A DNA stretch of 43,126 nt from Vitrella brassicaformis CCMP3155 (taxonomy: Eukaryota; Protista; Chromerida), in the NCBI GenBank assembly GCA_001179505.1, contig CDMY01000610.1:1-43126 (forward strand), written 5' to 3'. Under the pieces are notes generated by a model that had not been told where the DNA came from, made no database searches, and was given only the letters and a program-made list of their open reading frames with translations. Positions within the stretch are counted from its first letter, which is position 1; the number at the start of each line of letters is the position of its first letter. Shown one piece after another: positions 11,801 to 25,109 of the stretch. The position numbers and the translations under genes were made by a program.

Positions 11801-12873
11801 GATGGATGGATGGATGGATGGAACGACACAACACAAGAAAGACGCACAGCACAGATAGATGTGGCCGGCCACTTCGCCCCTCCCCCCCTCTCTCTCACTG
11901 CCTGCCCTGCCCGTCAGTTTGGGTTACATACCCGGACTGCCGCTGCCTCGAGGTCTGCGGTGCTGCTGGCGTCGACCTGGAACACCGTCACCTTGAAGGA
12001 CCTCAACCGGTCGAGGTAACCGCTGAGGTCGTCCTTCGGATTGGGCTCGCCCGTCACGCGGCGCACGTCACCCCTTGTCGTACCTGCACACACGAATGAA
12101 TGGACGACGGCAGCAAGATGATTGATTGGGTAGTGGGGGTCGGCGGGCAGATGGATGGGCGTACGGATGAAGAGGGCGGCGAAGTTGGGCTTGTTGATGT
12201 CGGCCTCCATCACGCTGCCCTCGCGCTTCTCCACCGAAACCTGCACACACACACACACATGGATGACACGCCAACACAGATCAGATCGATCGCCGTTGCG
12301 TTGCCTCTGAACTCCTCTGCGCCTTGCGCAGGCATTTCATGACATCCTCTCGGGAGTTCTGAATGATGGGCATGTAGTAGATGTGCACTGACCCGTGTCG
12401 GGCGAGCTCCTCGAGCGCCTTGGAGGATGGACCCTCGCCCTCAATCTTGACGAAGACGTCGAAGGTGTCGGGTGTGTAGTAGATATCCACTGCGACCTCC
12501 CAGAATCCCTTGATGACCCCCCTGTCGAAGAATTGGGAAGGCCAGGCAGTCCATGACACGCTTTCGGGAGACCCAGAAGGACGGACTCTTGCCCTTTATC
12601 TTGAGAAAGGCGTCCAAGGTGTCGGGTAGGTGGTAGATGTGAACTTCGACCTCCCACCCCGTGATGACCTCGGCCTTGCCGAAGAACCCGCCTGAATTCG
12701 AAGTTCGCACAGAGCGTTGCTCATGCCGTTTTGCCAGGCCTGGCTCGTGCAGCTCCCGACGGATGGGAGTCGTCCTGCCTCTCATCCAACCCGCTGCTCA
12801 CCTTGCGATTGGCCACTCGCGCCCGGCGTCGTCTGCGACGCTCGCGGAGTGACGGCTGCTTGGTCGGAATCAT
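8840..12873 (-). other. Multi-exon hypothetical gene or pseudogene, possibly the N-terminal part of the kinase locus
   Basis: Many protein-like exon segments bounded by GT/AG and microsatellite introns, e.g. GWEVEVHIYHLPDTLDAF, VEKREGSVMEADINKPNFAALF, FSKMRELVSHQQLVSRFNDFRP, FLVLEEPFKGPEDPPECRQRF. Candidate ATG at 12873 (MIPTKQPSLRERRRRRR). I could not build a fully consistent splice model and recognised no domain. Confidence 0.4.
9085..9493. repeat. 126-bp direct repeat (9085-9210 and 9368-9493): duplicated exon 3' half plus splice donor
   Basis: Both copies read DLRGSPGDLCIVPKHFV(G/T)EGTMTPNRQGQIDALNN|gtatgt on the minus strand, with only scattered substitutions. Confidence 0.9.
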
Positions 12874-13102
12874 CTTGAAGAGGGAGAGGGCGAGGGAAAA
12901 ACAAGGAGACGAAAAGGAATGATGGGAGACGATCGCAGCTAAGCTGGCGAGGGAGAAAAAGGGGGCTGGAGGAAGGAAGGAGAGGGAAATTCATTTCGAA
13001 CGACACCGCGAAGTTTCTCGCCGTCTCCGCGAGCTCGAATTTCTCGACCGACCTGTGGTGATTTCCCCTGGTTTGTTTTGAGCATTTATTCATCCATTGG
13101 CC

Positions 13103-15279
13103 ATGTTGTGGGTTGACAAGTACCGGCCTCGCCAGCTGGACGAGCTGCACTGCCACCCTGGCGTGACAGATCTGCTGCGCAAACTCATGGACACGCGGGA
13201 CTTCCCACACATGATGCTATACGGGTGGGTGAGAACACGCACACGAATGAATGAATGCGCACACCATCGGTCTGCCTGCACGTGGCTGTTTGCGTGTGGT
13301 TGTCAGTCCGCCTGGCGCAGGCAAGAAGACTCGCATATCGGCGTTCCTCAGGGGTGTGTACGGCCAAGGAGCAGAGAAGGTACCAGCAATGCATTCGGCC
13401 ATGGGACACACGCATCGCATGAGCCGGTCCATCCACCTCGTGCGTGGTATCCGTTCAGATGAAGGTCTCCACACGTTCGTTCAAGGTGAGAGGAGGAGAA
13501 GGGAGGGAGGGTGTGTTTGGGTCTGTCTGCATCTGCGACTCTGCGCGTACATGGTTGTGTGGTTGCTAGATTCCCCCCAGCAACAGCACGACTGTCGAGT
13601 GCCAGGTCCTCGACAGCCCATACCACATAGAAGGTATTGATGCGTGTGTGGGTGTGCGCATCCACATGCGGCGCATGACGCACGTGTGGATGTTCTGTGT
13701 CAGTGTCGCCTGCTGATGTGGGTACGGGCAGCCGCGACACGGCCATAGTGCAGATCCTCGTCAAGGAGACTGCATCCGCGCTCCAGCCAGCCATGGGCGA
13801 CAAACACGTCTCATTCAAAGGTGCGTGAAGGTGTATGCCCACACACAAATGCACGTATACTGACCTGTGCATACAATATTGGCACATGAATGTGTCCTCC
13901 GTGCATGTGTGTGTGTGTGTGTGTGTCGTGTCTTGTGGTTTCATTTCATCGCTTGTCAGTTGTGGTGATCAACGAGGTGGATCGTCTGAGTCATCAGGCG
14001 CAGGCCGCCCTCCGCCGCACTATGGAGAAGTATGTCGGGGCATGCAGAATCATCATGACGGCTAACAACTTCGCCAAAGTGGGCAACGAGGGGACGCCGC
14101 TCAGGGCCACGTGTATGTGCATGTCTTCGTATACCTGTGTGTGTGTGTGTGTATGTGTGTGCAGGTGTTGCCGCCGATCCGTAGTCGTTGTCTGTGCATC
14201 AGAGTGCCGTCGCCCACCAACCAGGAGGTACGCACATACACATACAGATATAGACACACAGGTGTGCAAGCAATGATTGCACACATGCCATGCACTCATC
14301 CATGTCTGTTGGATGGACAGATCCGCGAGGTGATGCATCAAATCGCTGTCAACGAAAACATCACCGTGAGTGAGCCGCCAAACGGATGGAATCAAAACCG
14401 CCGACGCAACGCACGACATGTGTGTGTGTGTGTGTGTGTGTGTGTCGGTGTATTGGGCAGGTGCCTGACGATTTGGTGGATCGCATCATCGCCGCCTCGG
14501 GCCGCGACCTGCGCCGTGCACTCCTCATGTTGGAAACGGCCAAAATCAAGCAGTGAGTACCGCCCAGACCACACGCAGTGACCCCACACACACATGCGCT
14601 CCGCTGGGCATGTTTGCCTGCATTTATGTGCACGGCGCAGCTATCCGTTCAAGGCGAACCAGAAGCCGCCGTTGGTCGCTTGGGAGGAGTTCCTCGAGAA
14701 AGAGATCTGCGACACAATTATGAAGAACCAGACGCCAAAGGGGTATGTGCCACACTGCACACGACGGCACCACAGATACACACAGGCGGCATCTCATCTG
14801 TGCGCGTGTGCATGTGGATGTTTGTCTGTCAGCGTCATAGCTGTTCGGTCCAAGTACTACGACCTGATGGGCTGCATGATCCCTGCAGATGTCATACTCA
14901 AGGTGCGCACGCTGGCTGAGTCACCGACACAACACACCCACACAAGGACGCAGACGCATCGGTCCTTCTGTTTGTGTCATTCAGACGTTGGTCAAGATGC
15001 TGCTCAAGAAAGTCAGCGGCGACACCCTCAAATCCAAAATCGTCACTTTCGCTGCCTCATTCGTAAGCAAAGACGCCATCACACCATGCACACACTCGCC
15101 AAACACATGTCTGCACGGCTCTTCTGTCTGTATCTTGTCAGGAGCACACGATGCGTTTGGGTGCGAAGGAGATATTCCACCTGGAGGCCTTCACTGCCAA
15201 CGTCATGAGCGCCATAAAGCAGGCCAACACATCGCAGCAGCAGGGAGGCAGAGCCCCCAGCCCCTCTGGCGGATCGTGA
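13103..15279 (+). CDS. RFC3: Replication factor C small subunit (human RFC3 / yeast Rfc5 type), multi-exon
   Basis: [90 protein letters not shown]; stop at 15277-15279. Confidence 0.95.
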
Positions 15280-15615
15280 GTGAGTCGAGTGGTTGGTGCA
15301 CACGAGCTAGCTGAGTAGCGAGCGGGTCGCTGGTAGACAGACACTATTGCCGGCGGGTGGGTGACGTGTGTGTAGATTAGATCATTCCTTACCGAGTGGG
15401 CGCCCCCCGACCTAGTGCATTCATTCATTGGTGTGTGTGAGGACGTCTGTCTGTAAATACGCTAACTGACGACGCCCTTCTGGTCGATGCAATGCAATCG
15501 ATTCATTCAGCCTTTCCCTGGCAGAGCAAAACGAACGTGTCTCATTCATCCATCGCCACCCACCCACCCATTGCCGCACTGCCCTGTACAGTCACTCCAT
15601 TCACCACACATCAAA

Positions 15616-18600
15616 TCACCTGCCGTCAGCCACCAGCTCAGCCACGTGCACATCGTCCTCCTCAGGCGGCACAATGCGCTGCATGGACGCCGCACGGTCA
15701 GCTGCTGCCTCGTCAGCTGCCGCCGACTCCTCCCCGTCTCTGCTCGTATCCTCGGCATCATTTGCCACCTCCCCGCCCTCTTCGCCCGCCAGCTCGGCCT
15801 CCAGCTGCTCACAGAGAGCAGCTGCACATACACAGGATGCGCAGAATACACAGAATTCACACAATGCACGCAGACACGAAAGAAGCCACTCTGTGCGTAT
15901 GACTGTCACTCACCTTCTTGTTCGGGGTCCACGAGTGGCCCCTCCCTCGTGTTGGTGTCTTGAGGTGGGTTGATCCGCCCCTCCTCCACACGCTCCCTCT
16001 CCTCGATAAGCTCTTTGCGCCGCTCGGCGTCCCGCACCGCCTGAACCATGGCACGCTTCTTGCGGTTGATGCGCTGTGAGCGGCCCCTGGGGCACTGAAG
16101 GGAGAACTCTGTCACGCCCAGCCGCCGCATCTCGAAGGGCAACATCGCTGGGCGCCTGACGCGCACACACACACAGGCACACACACAGGCACACACACAG
16201 AGAGAGAGAGGTGTCCNNNNNNNNNNNNNNNNNNNNNNNNNNNNNNNNNNNNNNNNNNNNNNNNNNNNNNNNNNNNNNNNNNNNNNNNNNNNNNNNNNNN
16301 NNNNNNNNNNNNNNNNNNNNNNNNNNNNNNNNNNNNNNNNNNNNNNNNNNNNNNNNNNNNNNNNNNNNNNNNNNNNNNNNNNNNNNNNNNNNNNNNNNNN
16401 NNNNNNNNNNNNNNNNNNNNNNNNNNNNNNNNNNNNNNNNNNNNNNNNNNNNNNNNNNNNNNNNNNNNNNNNNNNNNNNNNNNNNNNNNNNNNNNNNNNN
16501 NNNNNNNNNNNNNNNNGGGGGGGGGGGGGTGGGGGTCAGGCGCATGTGAGGGCACCTGAAGACTTTGACGCCTTTCGGCACCCAGACGTCGAATACTTTC
16601 TTGCCGTCGCCCGCAATGCTGATCCAGCCTAGCCCAGATATCACAATGTCGTCCCACGCTCGAAAAGTGCCGCCGAACACCTCCACACTGACACGGCACA
16701 CACACAGAGAGAGATGAGAGCAAGCGTGATACTTTATGCATTCGTGTATGTGTGTGTGTATGTCTGTAGAGTGACTGACCGGTGTCTGACGAAGGGCTGT
16801 ATGCTCTCGAAGTCTTCCCGGAGGTGCGGCGGATACAGAAACGTCGCCGCCTGCACACACACCCATACGCAGACAGATCACACACATCACAGATACACAC
16901 ACATCGACATAATGCCGTCCCGTACCTTTCTCTGCAGCAGGTGTGCGGCCTTGACGGTTTGTGTGATGTGGAGCGTCACGCCATAGGACGCAAATACGGT
17001 CGTGAAGCAGAAGTCGCCGCTCACGAAATCCAACCGACACAACGCACCTGCACATTTACACACCCACACTCGTGCATGCGATGCGCATGGATGTGTATGC
17101 GTGTGTGGTTGTGTGCACTATCGTACCCAGCAGCAGAGTCGCCCCCTCCTTGAGTTTGTACGTGACGGGGTATAGCCTCCGTCGCGGCACTATCGAGTAC
17201 AGATCCTCACCGCGAGACAACAGCCGGGTCACCTGCACGCACACAATGAGCACATCTTTCTCCATCTCTTTGTGTGTCGGGCGTTCCTGTCCTTACCTGT
17301 GTTTCTGAGGGCACGCCCGGCGTGTCGATGATTTTGAGCCCCTTGCCCAGACCAAAGGAGACGAAATGAAGCGTGGTGCCTGACAGACCCACCCATCCGA
17401 CACACACAAGTACGGACGCGACCCATGGTTGAGTGATTGATCGACCAGGTCGGTGTATGGCATACCAGGTACTGCGGATCGCGTGACGCCCCCGACGCCC
17501 CGCTTCATGTCAGTCGTGCCCAGGTGTCTGCAGATGGACGGATGCACACACTCACACTCAGGAGCGTGTGTGTATGCTCGAGGTGCGTACTTGTATTGGA
17601 TGAACTTGAGGAAGCGGTTGACGAACGTTGACTTGCCCGCATTCACCCTGCAGACATGAACGCACCCCCTCCGTGATGATGCCCTCCGTGTGGCCAGGCC
17701 GTGTGGGCATGACAATCTGTGCCTACCTGCCGACACAGTATATCCACTTGGGGTCTTTGGGGTCGAGATGGGCACTCAGACGATCCTCCAGCGTGTCGAA
17801 TCCATAACCTATCCTTATACACACACGTCAGTATCAAGGATGTGGTTGTGGTGTTGTCTTGTGTGGTTCCCACCGACCGACCCATCGACCGACCTGTGGC
17901 CGATGAGACGAGCATGACGTCATGTGTGGAGACGTTCTTGATCTGACGCACCATCTGACGCACCCACTGCTTCACACTGCATCCATCCACACACACACAC
18001 ACACACATCTATCGGCACATGGCGTGGGTGTGATGTATGTGTTTGGTGTGCATGCCTGTTGAGGTCTGCCCTGTACGGGAGCAGGTCGACTTTGTTGATG
18101 ACCCACAGCACCTGCAGCTGTTTATTGCGGCACGCCTGGTACAGCTCAGGCACCACACTGACCATCCATCCATCCACACAGACACAGACAGGAAAAGACG
18201 GCATGATCAGTGTGTACATACGGCCACCTTTGTATGTGTGTGTAGGGATTCATTTGCCTGCCTGCTTTCAATGTCGAGTATGTCGATGATGTTGAGCACC
18301 AGCGAGTCGTGCTTGATGCGCTTCACAACCTGCACACACAAACACGCGGATACCCGCACACAGTGAAGTTGTCTACACATATGGGTCTGTGTGTTGCTGG
18401 CTGGTTGGCTGACTGAGTGACCTTTTCGATGAGTTGGTGCGGGTGTATGTACGGCAGCCCGCCCTTCATCCGATAGAAACCCAAACCTGCACACAATACA
18501 CACACATGCGAAACGAGTATACACAAGGCAAGCCTATGGATGGATGGCATTTCACCCATTGACTATGCACAGATCTACGGAGGGCATCTCACCCAGCACA

Positions 18601-19515
18601 GCACACCCGCTCACCCAGTGCGAGTTGTGGTTGTTCGAGTATGTGGTACTGCTGCAGCCGATAGCACCGGCGGCACAGCAACAGGTGCGTCTTGACGCGA
18701 TCAGACGGGCTGTCACGCTGCACGAAACACACGCAGGTGCATAGCCATTCACATGCACCTTATGTCTGTGTCGTGTGTGCGCATGCCTTTTCCACGGGCA
18801 CTCCGTCTGGCACGAAGTCCACCGGCTCGCCCCGCAGACGAGGGTATTGCTTCACACGACCACCTGCGTTCACGCAGACACACACACACACACACACACA
18901 TGACGTGGGCACGCTGCCCATTGATGCGATGCATTGGTGCATCCCTGTGGCCTCCACCCACCTGAGAACTGCATGAACTTGTGTTTGTGGACGTATCCCT
19001 CGTTGGTCGGGTCGGTCGTCTGAAAGGCCGCGCCGCACCCAACACAACGACGGGGGGCACGGGGGTTCTCCTGAAGCACAAGCAGACGCAACGCACAAAA
19101 CAAACAATCACACACGAATGCCATGCTGATCCAATGCGTATACTCAGGCGTGTGCCACCTCGTGTGGGTCAGGCACGATGCCCGGCACTCCCTCGTTCTC
19201 CAGCCCATCGCCACACACATCTCGCATGTAGAAACTCTCGTCGAAGTCCATGTCCAACCGCCCGTCGTCATCTGGCAATGCTGACGCGAACGCTGCCGCA
19301 CCTTGCGTGTCCGTGTGCTGCTCCTGCTCCTGCAAGTGCGGCAGATGGTCGTGAAGGCTGGCATGCGGATGCTGGTGCTGCTGTTGTTGCTGTGTGTGCG
19401 CCTGAGTGCTGTTGAAGCGCTGCGCCCGGATGAACGGGGGAGGAGGGGCAGGGCGGGCAAATGTGCTGAGGGCTGTTCGTGACGCTGCGATGAGTCGCCG
19501 CGGCTGGGGAGGCAT
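15616..19515 (-). CDS. Circularly permuted GTPase of the YqeH/NOA1 family, probably organellar; spans an N gap inside an intron
   Basis: N-terminal RCVGCGAAFQTTDP...GY zinc finger, then G4 (INKVDLLP), G5 (LVSSATG), G1 (GRVNAGKST), G2 (SAVPGTT) and G3 (IIDTPG) in permuted order, plus DIVISGLGWISI. The Arg/Ser/Ala-rich start MPPQPRRLIAASRTALSTFAR resembles a mitochondrial presequence. Confidence 0.88.
16217..16516. other. Assembly gap of 300 N; identical-length gaps at 34031-34330, 38328-38627 and 39703-40002
   Basis: Runs of N of the same length indicate placeholder scaffold gaps of unknown true size. Confidence 0.98.
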
Positions 19516-19794
19516 GCTATGGCTGCGGCTGATCACTTCAATGACTCAAGGGATGGATAGATCTATCACATTTCCGATAATAGATGAGGTTCCTCCTCTT
19601 TCTGCTTTCCTCTCCTGCGAGCTTTTATGCCTGGGGGTGCAAGCAGAAGGGTGCAGATCTCTCCTCGCAGTGGCGTGAGGTTGCGGTTGTTCATCCTTTT
19701 CGCTTCTATCCGATGAACCCTTTCCCCGCCAGACCACATTCGCCTTGAGAACCAGCTCCCTTTCGTCGCATTTCGCCTTTCCCCGCTCTCCCGA

Positions 19795-20440
19795 ATGGCG
19801 TGTTGCAACTGGCTCATGTTCATCTTCATCGGCACTTTGTCCCTTGGCTTGTGTGGGTCTTTGACCCCCGGCTTGTCTGACTGGAGGCCTGACCGACTGA
19901 CTGCCGATCAGTCCATTGCATTGAAGACGGCTTTGAGCATGTTCTACGCCTCCCAGAAGCGGCTGTTCTCCAGCGCTGTGGGCATCGCCCTAGATGGAGC
20001 CGACCCTTTTCGGCTGTTCCTGTTCAGCGACCCTCTCTTTGCCTTCTTGGCCAACGAAGCCATAGCAACGGAGGAGCTGGAGAAATATTCAGTGAGCGAG
20101 ATCCGTGGCTACACCGACCGCCTCATCGGGGCGGTTGCGACCTCCACCGACCGCAGGCGGCAGTGGGCGGCTACGTACCTTTTGGGCTTCCTGTTCCACC
20201 TCAGAGAGTCCTGCCCATCGTGCCTTGATGATCGGGAAGCGTATGGCCCAACTTTTGAGGCGGTGGTGGGCCAGCTGGTGACGGAGAAGGGGCAAAGGGC
20301 CCTCAAGGTGTTGGCTGGCCTTTTGCAAGACAGACCAGCCACGTGGATAGCAGATGTCGAGCTCGCCCTACAGACTCCCTATTGGCTAGCAAGTCGGGCG
20401 CAACACGCAGACGACTGGTACATATATGTATTAATGTGTG

Positions 20441-20479
<39 letters not shown>

Positions 20480-22876
20480 TCAGTGCATGGATCTGGCAAG
20501 TATGTGCTGGATGCTGGCTTCATCCCCGCGATGGTTAGCGTCCTGCGAGGTGTACAGTCCCTACCCCAAGCTTCTCGCAAGACTGCCCGCGCTGTGAATG
20601 TCCTTGACACCCTTGTGGAGAGAAATGAACAGGTCTGTCGGTCACGGTGGTGTTATGGTGGACAGATGTGACATGTTGGTGTGTTCTTCAGGCGTTCGTC
20701 GAGACTGCTGCTTCCCACGAGGAGCTAATGGACGTCCTCATCAAGTGCCTGGTGGCGATCAAGGGAGGCAAGATCAGCGAGGAGGAGGATGCAGCAGCCA
20801 AGATCCTGGGCGCCATCGAATCACTTCTATCGTAAGCTAGCATTGTCAACAGATCGACAGTTGCCTGTACGCCGGCGCGGTTGGTCGACAGGTATGGCGC
20901 CAGACAGGTAGCGGCGCGGAAATGGGACACAGACCGCTTTGAAGGCCGCTGGAACAGGGTGAGACAGGCAAATGAATCCCTGCTGTAGTCTCTGTTCTCC
21001 TTTGTCTGTTCAGACGGCCATGTCCCTCTCTAAGGGTGAATTGCGTGCCTTGCAGAGTGTCTATGACATGAGTGTACTGAACGAGAAGGAGAGAACGACT
21101 CAATGGCCGTCACATGGGGTATGTAAACTAACTACGTTCCACACATGGTCCATTCTGATTCCTTCCCTTTTGTTTTGTGTGCAGTGGTTCGTTCTTGCGA
21201 CTTTCTGTGCCGTGAACTTCCTTGTTGCCGTCGGCCGCTGGTGGCCAGGGCGGTCGGGCACGGCCGGACGTTCGGGCAATAGGTGTAGAACCAGCAGAGC
21301 GACCCAGGCAGCCACCTATGCGTAAGCAAGAGGTACGGCGGCTAGCCTACCACAGCAACAAGGCTCTTTGGTGCATGCAGGTTAGACCCTCAGGAGCAGG
21401 CCAACAGGGCGGCCAGAGCCACTGCGCAGCTTAAGAACGACATACACGATGCCAGCAACAGGAAACACAGGTCACATTCAAACCACCGACTCAGCCAGAC
21501 AATGCAGAGATGGCTGTGTGTGCACCGCTCCTTTCTGCAGTTTGTCGTGTCGATATGAGGAGCTGTCCGATGCGCATCGACGTGCTGTAGAGCGGAAGAA
21601 GCAGCTCCAAGAGGCCATACGAGAGATGAAAGGCAACACCATACCAGAGTGTGTGGACAACGAAGACACGCGTGCCCATAAAACACACACATGCACATCT
21701 TGATGGTGCTGTGTTGGCCTTGCAGGCTGAGTAGTGACGTGTTGGCGTCGTGTGAGAGTGCTGCTGATGCACACGCATTTGCTGACAAGGTCAAGCAGGA
21801 GCACGAGCGGCTCGACCAGCTGTACGACCAGATCAACGCCGCGGAGCGCACCGGTATTAAGCTGCTGGGGATACCTATGGAATCTTTGGACTGCGAAGAT
21901 GGCTCGACGGCAGCCACTGGAGCGAGGTTAGAGCATAAACTGAGCCAGGCGTCCTCTCTCGCGCCACCACGTCCATCTCTCAATGTCCGTTGTCTGCAGC
22001 TCGCCGGTGTCTGCTTCCTCTTCTCATTCACGAGAGGCGTCTGTGTCGGCCGAGCCGCCAGCCACCGAGGCCCAGCTGCGGAAGACGCTGCAGACACTCA
22101 AGGGCGACATACGCAAGTAAGACAGACAGCAACAGCCACCTGATGAGCTGATGCCTCCATCTACCTCATTTACCTGCAGATTGGAGTCGGGTATCGCTGC
22201 CATGCGGGTCAACTGCGACAGGGTGAGGGCGTCGCTGCAGCCGCTCGAGCAAGAGCATGACACACTGGTGCAGGAGGCAGCCAAAGGGTACGCAACGATG
22301 ACTCCATGCGCCGGCATTCCGTTCATTCGTTGTCTTTGTCGTTTTTATGGTCAGTTTGACGAAGCAGCGGCTGGCGACCCTTAGCAGCAGTGCGGCCGTG
22401 AGTGCCTTCAAGGCGGAGGTCAAGCAGCGACAGCGGCAGCTGCTGGCCCTCTATGCAGATGCCAGCAAGCTCGAGGGCCGACTGCAGGAGAGGGAGGCCC
22501 CGCCCGCTGCCGACAGAGGCACTTGTGTGCTCTGCCTCGACCAGCCGCCCACAGTGGTCTATTTTCCATGCAAACAGGTAATGTACGCACATGGCGAAAG
22601 CGGGGCTGGGGGAATCGGACAAACGAGCCAAACGAGCCGATCGTGTTTGTGTGTGCTGGTGACGTGTGTGTGTGTTTCCAGCAATGCGCGTGCGCCGGAT
22701 GCCACGAACGGCTGATGCGGACCCACGAGGCGGCCAAGAGGGAGAAGCAGCGGCTGGAGAGGACCCGCCGGCGAGTGCCCGACGACGTCAAACGCGATGC
22801 CGTCCTGCGGTGTCCGGCGTGCCGCACAGAGGCCGAGTATGCGAGTGACCTCCATGGAGTTCGCTGCACGACGTGA
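19795..22876 (+). CDS. Putative type I membrane protein: signal peptide, helical domain, TM segment, coiled coil, C-terminal RING-like finger
   Basis: Hydrophobic N-terminus WLMFIFIGTLSLGLCG, TM-like WFVLATFCAVNFLVAVG, heptad-rich exons, and CVLCLDQPPTVVYFPCKQQCACAGC...CPAC. That this is a single gene is inferred from collinear plus-strand exons. Confidence 0.6.
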
Positions 22877-23569
22877 ATGGCAGGGAGCATATTTGTGTGT
22901 ACAGGGGATGTGTGTACGTGTGGGGGGGAGTCGTTGCAATGATTTGTGCACCTACGTCGTTGGATGACTGGCGTTTGTATTTCTGTGTACAGGCTGTCTG
23001 CTGTCTATATGGATTTGTGTGCATGTGCCAATAGATGTGTTAGGCCGTCGCCTTGGGGCATTGTTCTCTCTCTCTCTGTGGGTGGGTGGGTGGGTGGGTG
23101 TGGCTGAATGGAATGCTGACTGACTGACTGACTACGTTCGTGTTGCTCCTTGTACAGACTCACTTCACGTAAGTGTACGTTGTTTCAGTCTAATGGATGT
23201 ATCATGCCACCAGTCAGTGTCCAAAAATACGAGTCGTCAAAATCCATTGCAGCCCGACAGACAGCAAGGTGCCCACTCGAACACTTATTCAGTCAACCAA
23301 CAGAGAGGCTGCAGGCAACACAGTCCTGTATGATTGAGTGATTGGTGTGTTGGATGATTGACATCGATATTGCATCACCGCATGGTTTGAACCTATCTAG
23401 CAACGGTGTTAACGTGTTGGTTTTCTTTGGCGACACCGGAATGCACCGGAATGGGTACGCGTCACGGAGCTGCGCATCATGTGCAGCACAAATGCATTAA
23501 TTAAGCTGAACGACTCAAGTGCCACCTGACTGACACGAGCTAGCTGTGTATCACGTCACCAACTTGTAT

Positions 23570-24720
23570 ACTGGCCATGCATGACACACACATACGCTCA
23601 GTCTCAGTCCTGGCCTGTAGAGTTCAGTCTGTCTCTGAGCCAACACACTCCGGATACTGCTCATCGGTCCAGATCTCGATGTCGAGGGCACACCTGAAGA
23701 ACCCCACCCATATCGGCTCGCCACAGCCAAATCCGTCATGATCTGCACACACAAGGCACACACACATGCAGGCAGACAGACAAAGGTCCTCAGTGACAGA
23801 CGCTGGCCGCAATGTGAGATCGGGTTAAGTGGTCGCCGCTCACCCTTCTTGACCTCTGCCAGCAAAGCGATGCAGAACTGGCCGAATGTGCGACCATCTG
23901 TGCAGTGGCGCTTGTGGATTTGATCGAGCAGTCGGGCTTTGTCTTAAACTGGGCGAGAACCGCGCCTGGCACGGATCTCGCCAAGCAGCTCAATCTTCTT
24001 CTCCATTGTCCAGCCCTTATTTGCGTGCATCTTATCGACACTATACCCTGACACACACACACACACACACAGCCAGACAGCCAGACAGCCAGACAGCCAG
24101 ACAGCCAGACATCCAAACAGGTGACGCATGATATGGCCCTAAGGCTTCCTTTCCTTTGGCTGACTGACCTCAGTTCCAGAGCGCCATGTCTATGAACAGT
24201 GTGAAGACACTGTCGAAGTTGGCGCGCCCACGGTCCCGCAGATTCCCCCAATACTCGGCTTCCAGCACTCTGTCCTTCTCGAACACGTATTCATCGGCCA
24301 ACCGCTGCGAGAAGGCCGAATCGTGAACAAGATCCCGAATCGCTGCGCGCCGTGCCACCATGGCCGCGTGTCGGAGGTGCGAGGTAGCTGCATGCGGGTG
24401 GAGCACGAAGCAGGCCAACGCACGGATCAGCAAAGCGATGCAGAGGGGGAACAGCATAGGTTTCTCCACTGGCGGCCTACACGCTGCCATCTCTGCATTG
24501 CTTGGGAGACCCAGATCCACGTGAGTTGGTTCGTCGAGAGATGATTCAAGAGATGGCTGGCTATGGATCCATCGAACTGCAGACACACACCGGGCACAGT
24601 GCACACAATGAGGGAGGCTGGGGAGGCTCTGATCGCTCTCTTCCGCAGCGGCGGTTTCAGCGAGCACCCTAGGCGGCCTGGCGGCCAAGTCCCCTGTCAG
24701 TCTGTCCAACATGAAAACAC
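23570..24720 (-). other. Possible small hypothetical gene or remnant, splice model unresolved
   Basis: Protein-like stretches (DSAFSQRLADEYVFEKDRVLEAEYWGNLRDRGRANFDSVFTLF; YSVDKMHANKGWTMEKKIELLGEIRARRG) are separated by microsatellite introns with tcag/tgcag acceptors. The frames do not join cleanly. Confidence 0.3.
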
Positions 24721-25109
24721 GCACCCTAACATGCAACCCGGACACGCAACACGCAGCACGCAGAGGGCAGATGCAGCAAACAGGAGGATATGCAATGCGC
24801 TGCGAACGACGGCAACATACTGATCGCTCTCTTCTGTTGCGAGCTTGAAGAGGCTGAGCTCGCGGATTGCAGCTGTGGAGATCTGCGAATCTGAAGGCTC
24901 TGGAGTTCGTTCTGCTTACTTGCGACCACTCTCTGATGCTCAAAGTGAAGCGGCAACTGCTGTCGATCGACCCCTGAGGCCTTCGGTGAAACAAGGACTC
25001 GCGGCGGCCGTAACAGGTGTGTGGGGATGCATCAAGTGGCCACGATCCATCTTTCGTTGCACCACTTTCCTCTGCTTGCGTCTGTGCTGTGTTGTGTTGT
25101 CAGTGACCG

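Noticed and set aside
15910-17055. Long ORFs running through N gaps (also at 33.6-34.8 kb and 37.7-40.1 kb)
   Set aside because: Artefacts of translating N as X.
23060-23150. (GGGT)n tract as a telomeric repeat or functional G-quadruplex
   Set aside because: It is short and embedded among other microsatellites (CT, GACT) of the kind found in most introns here.
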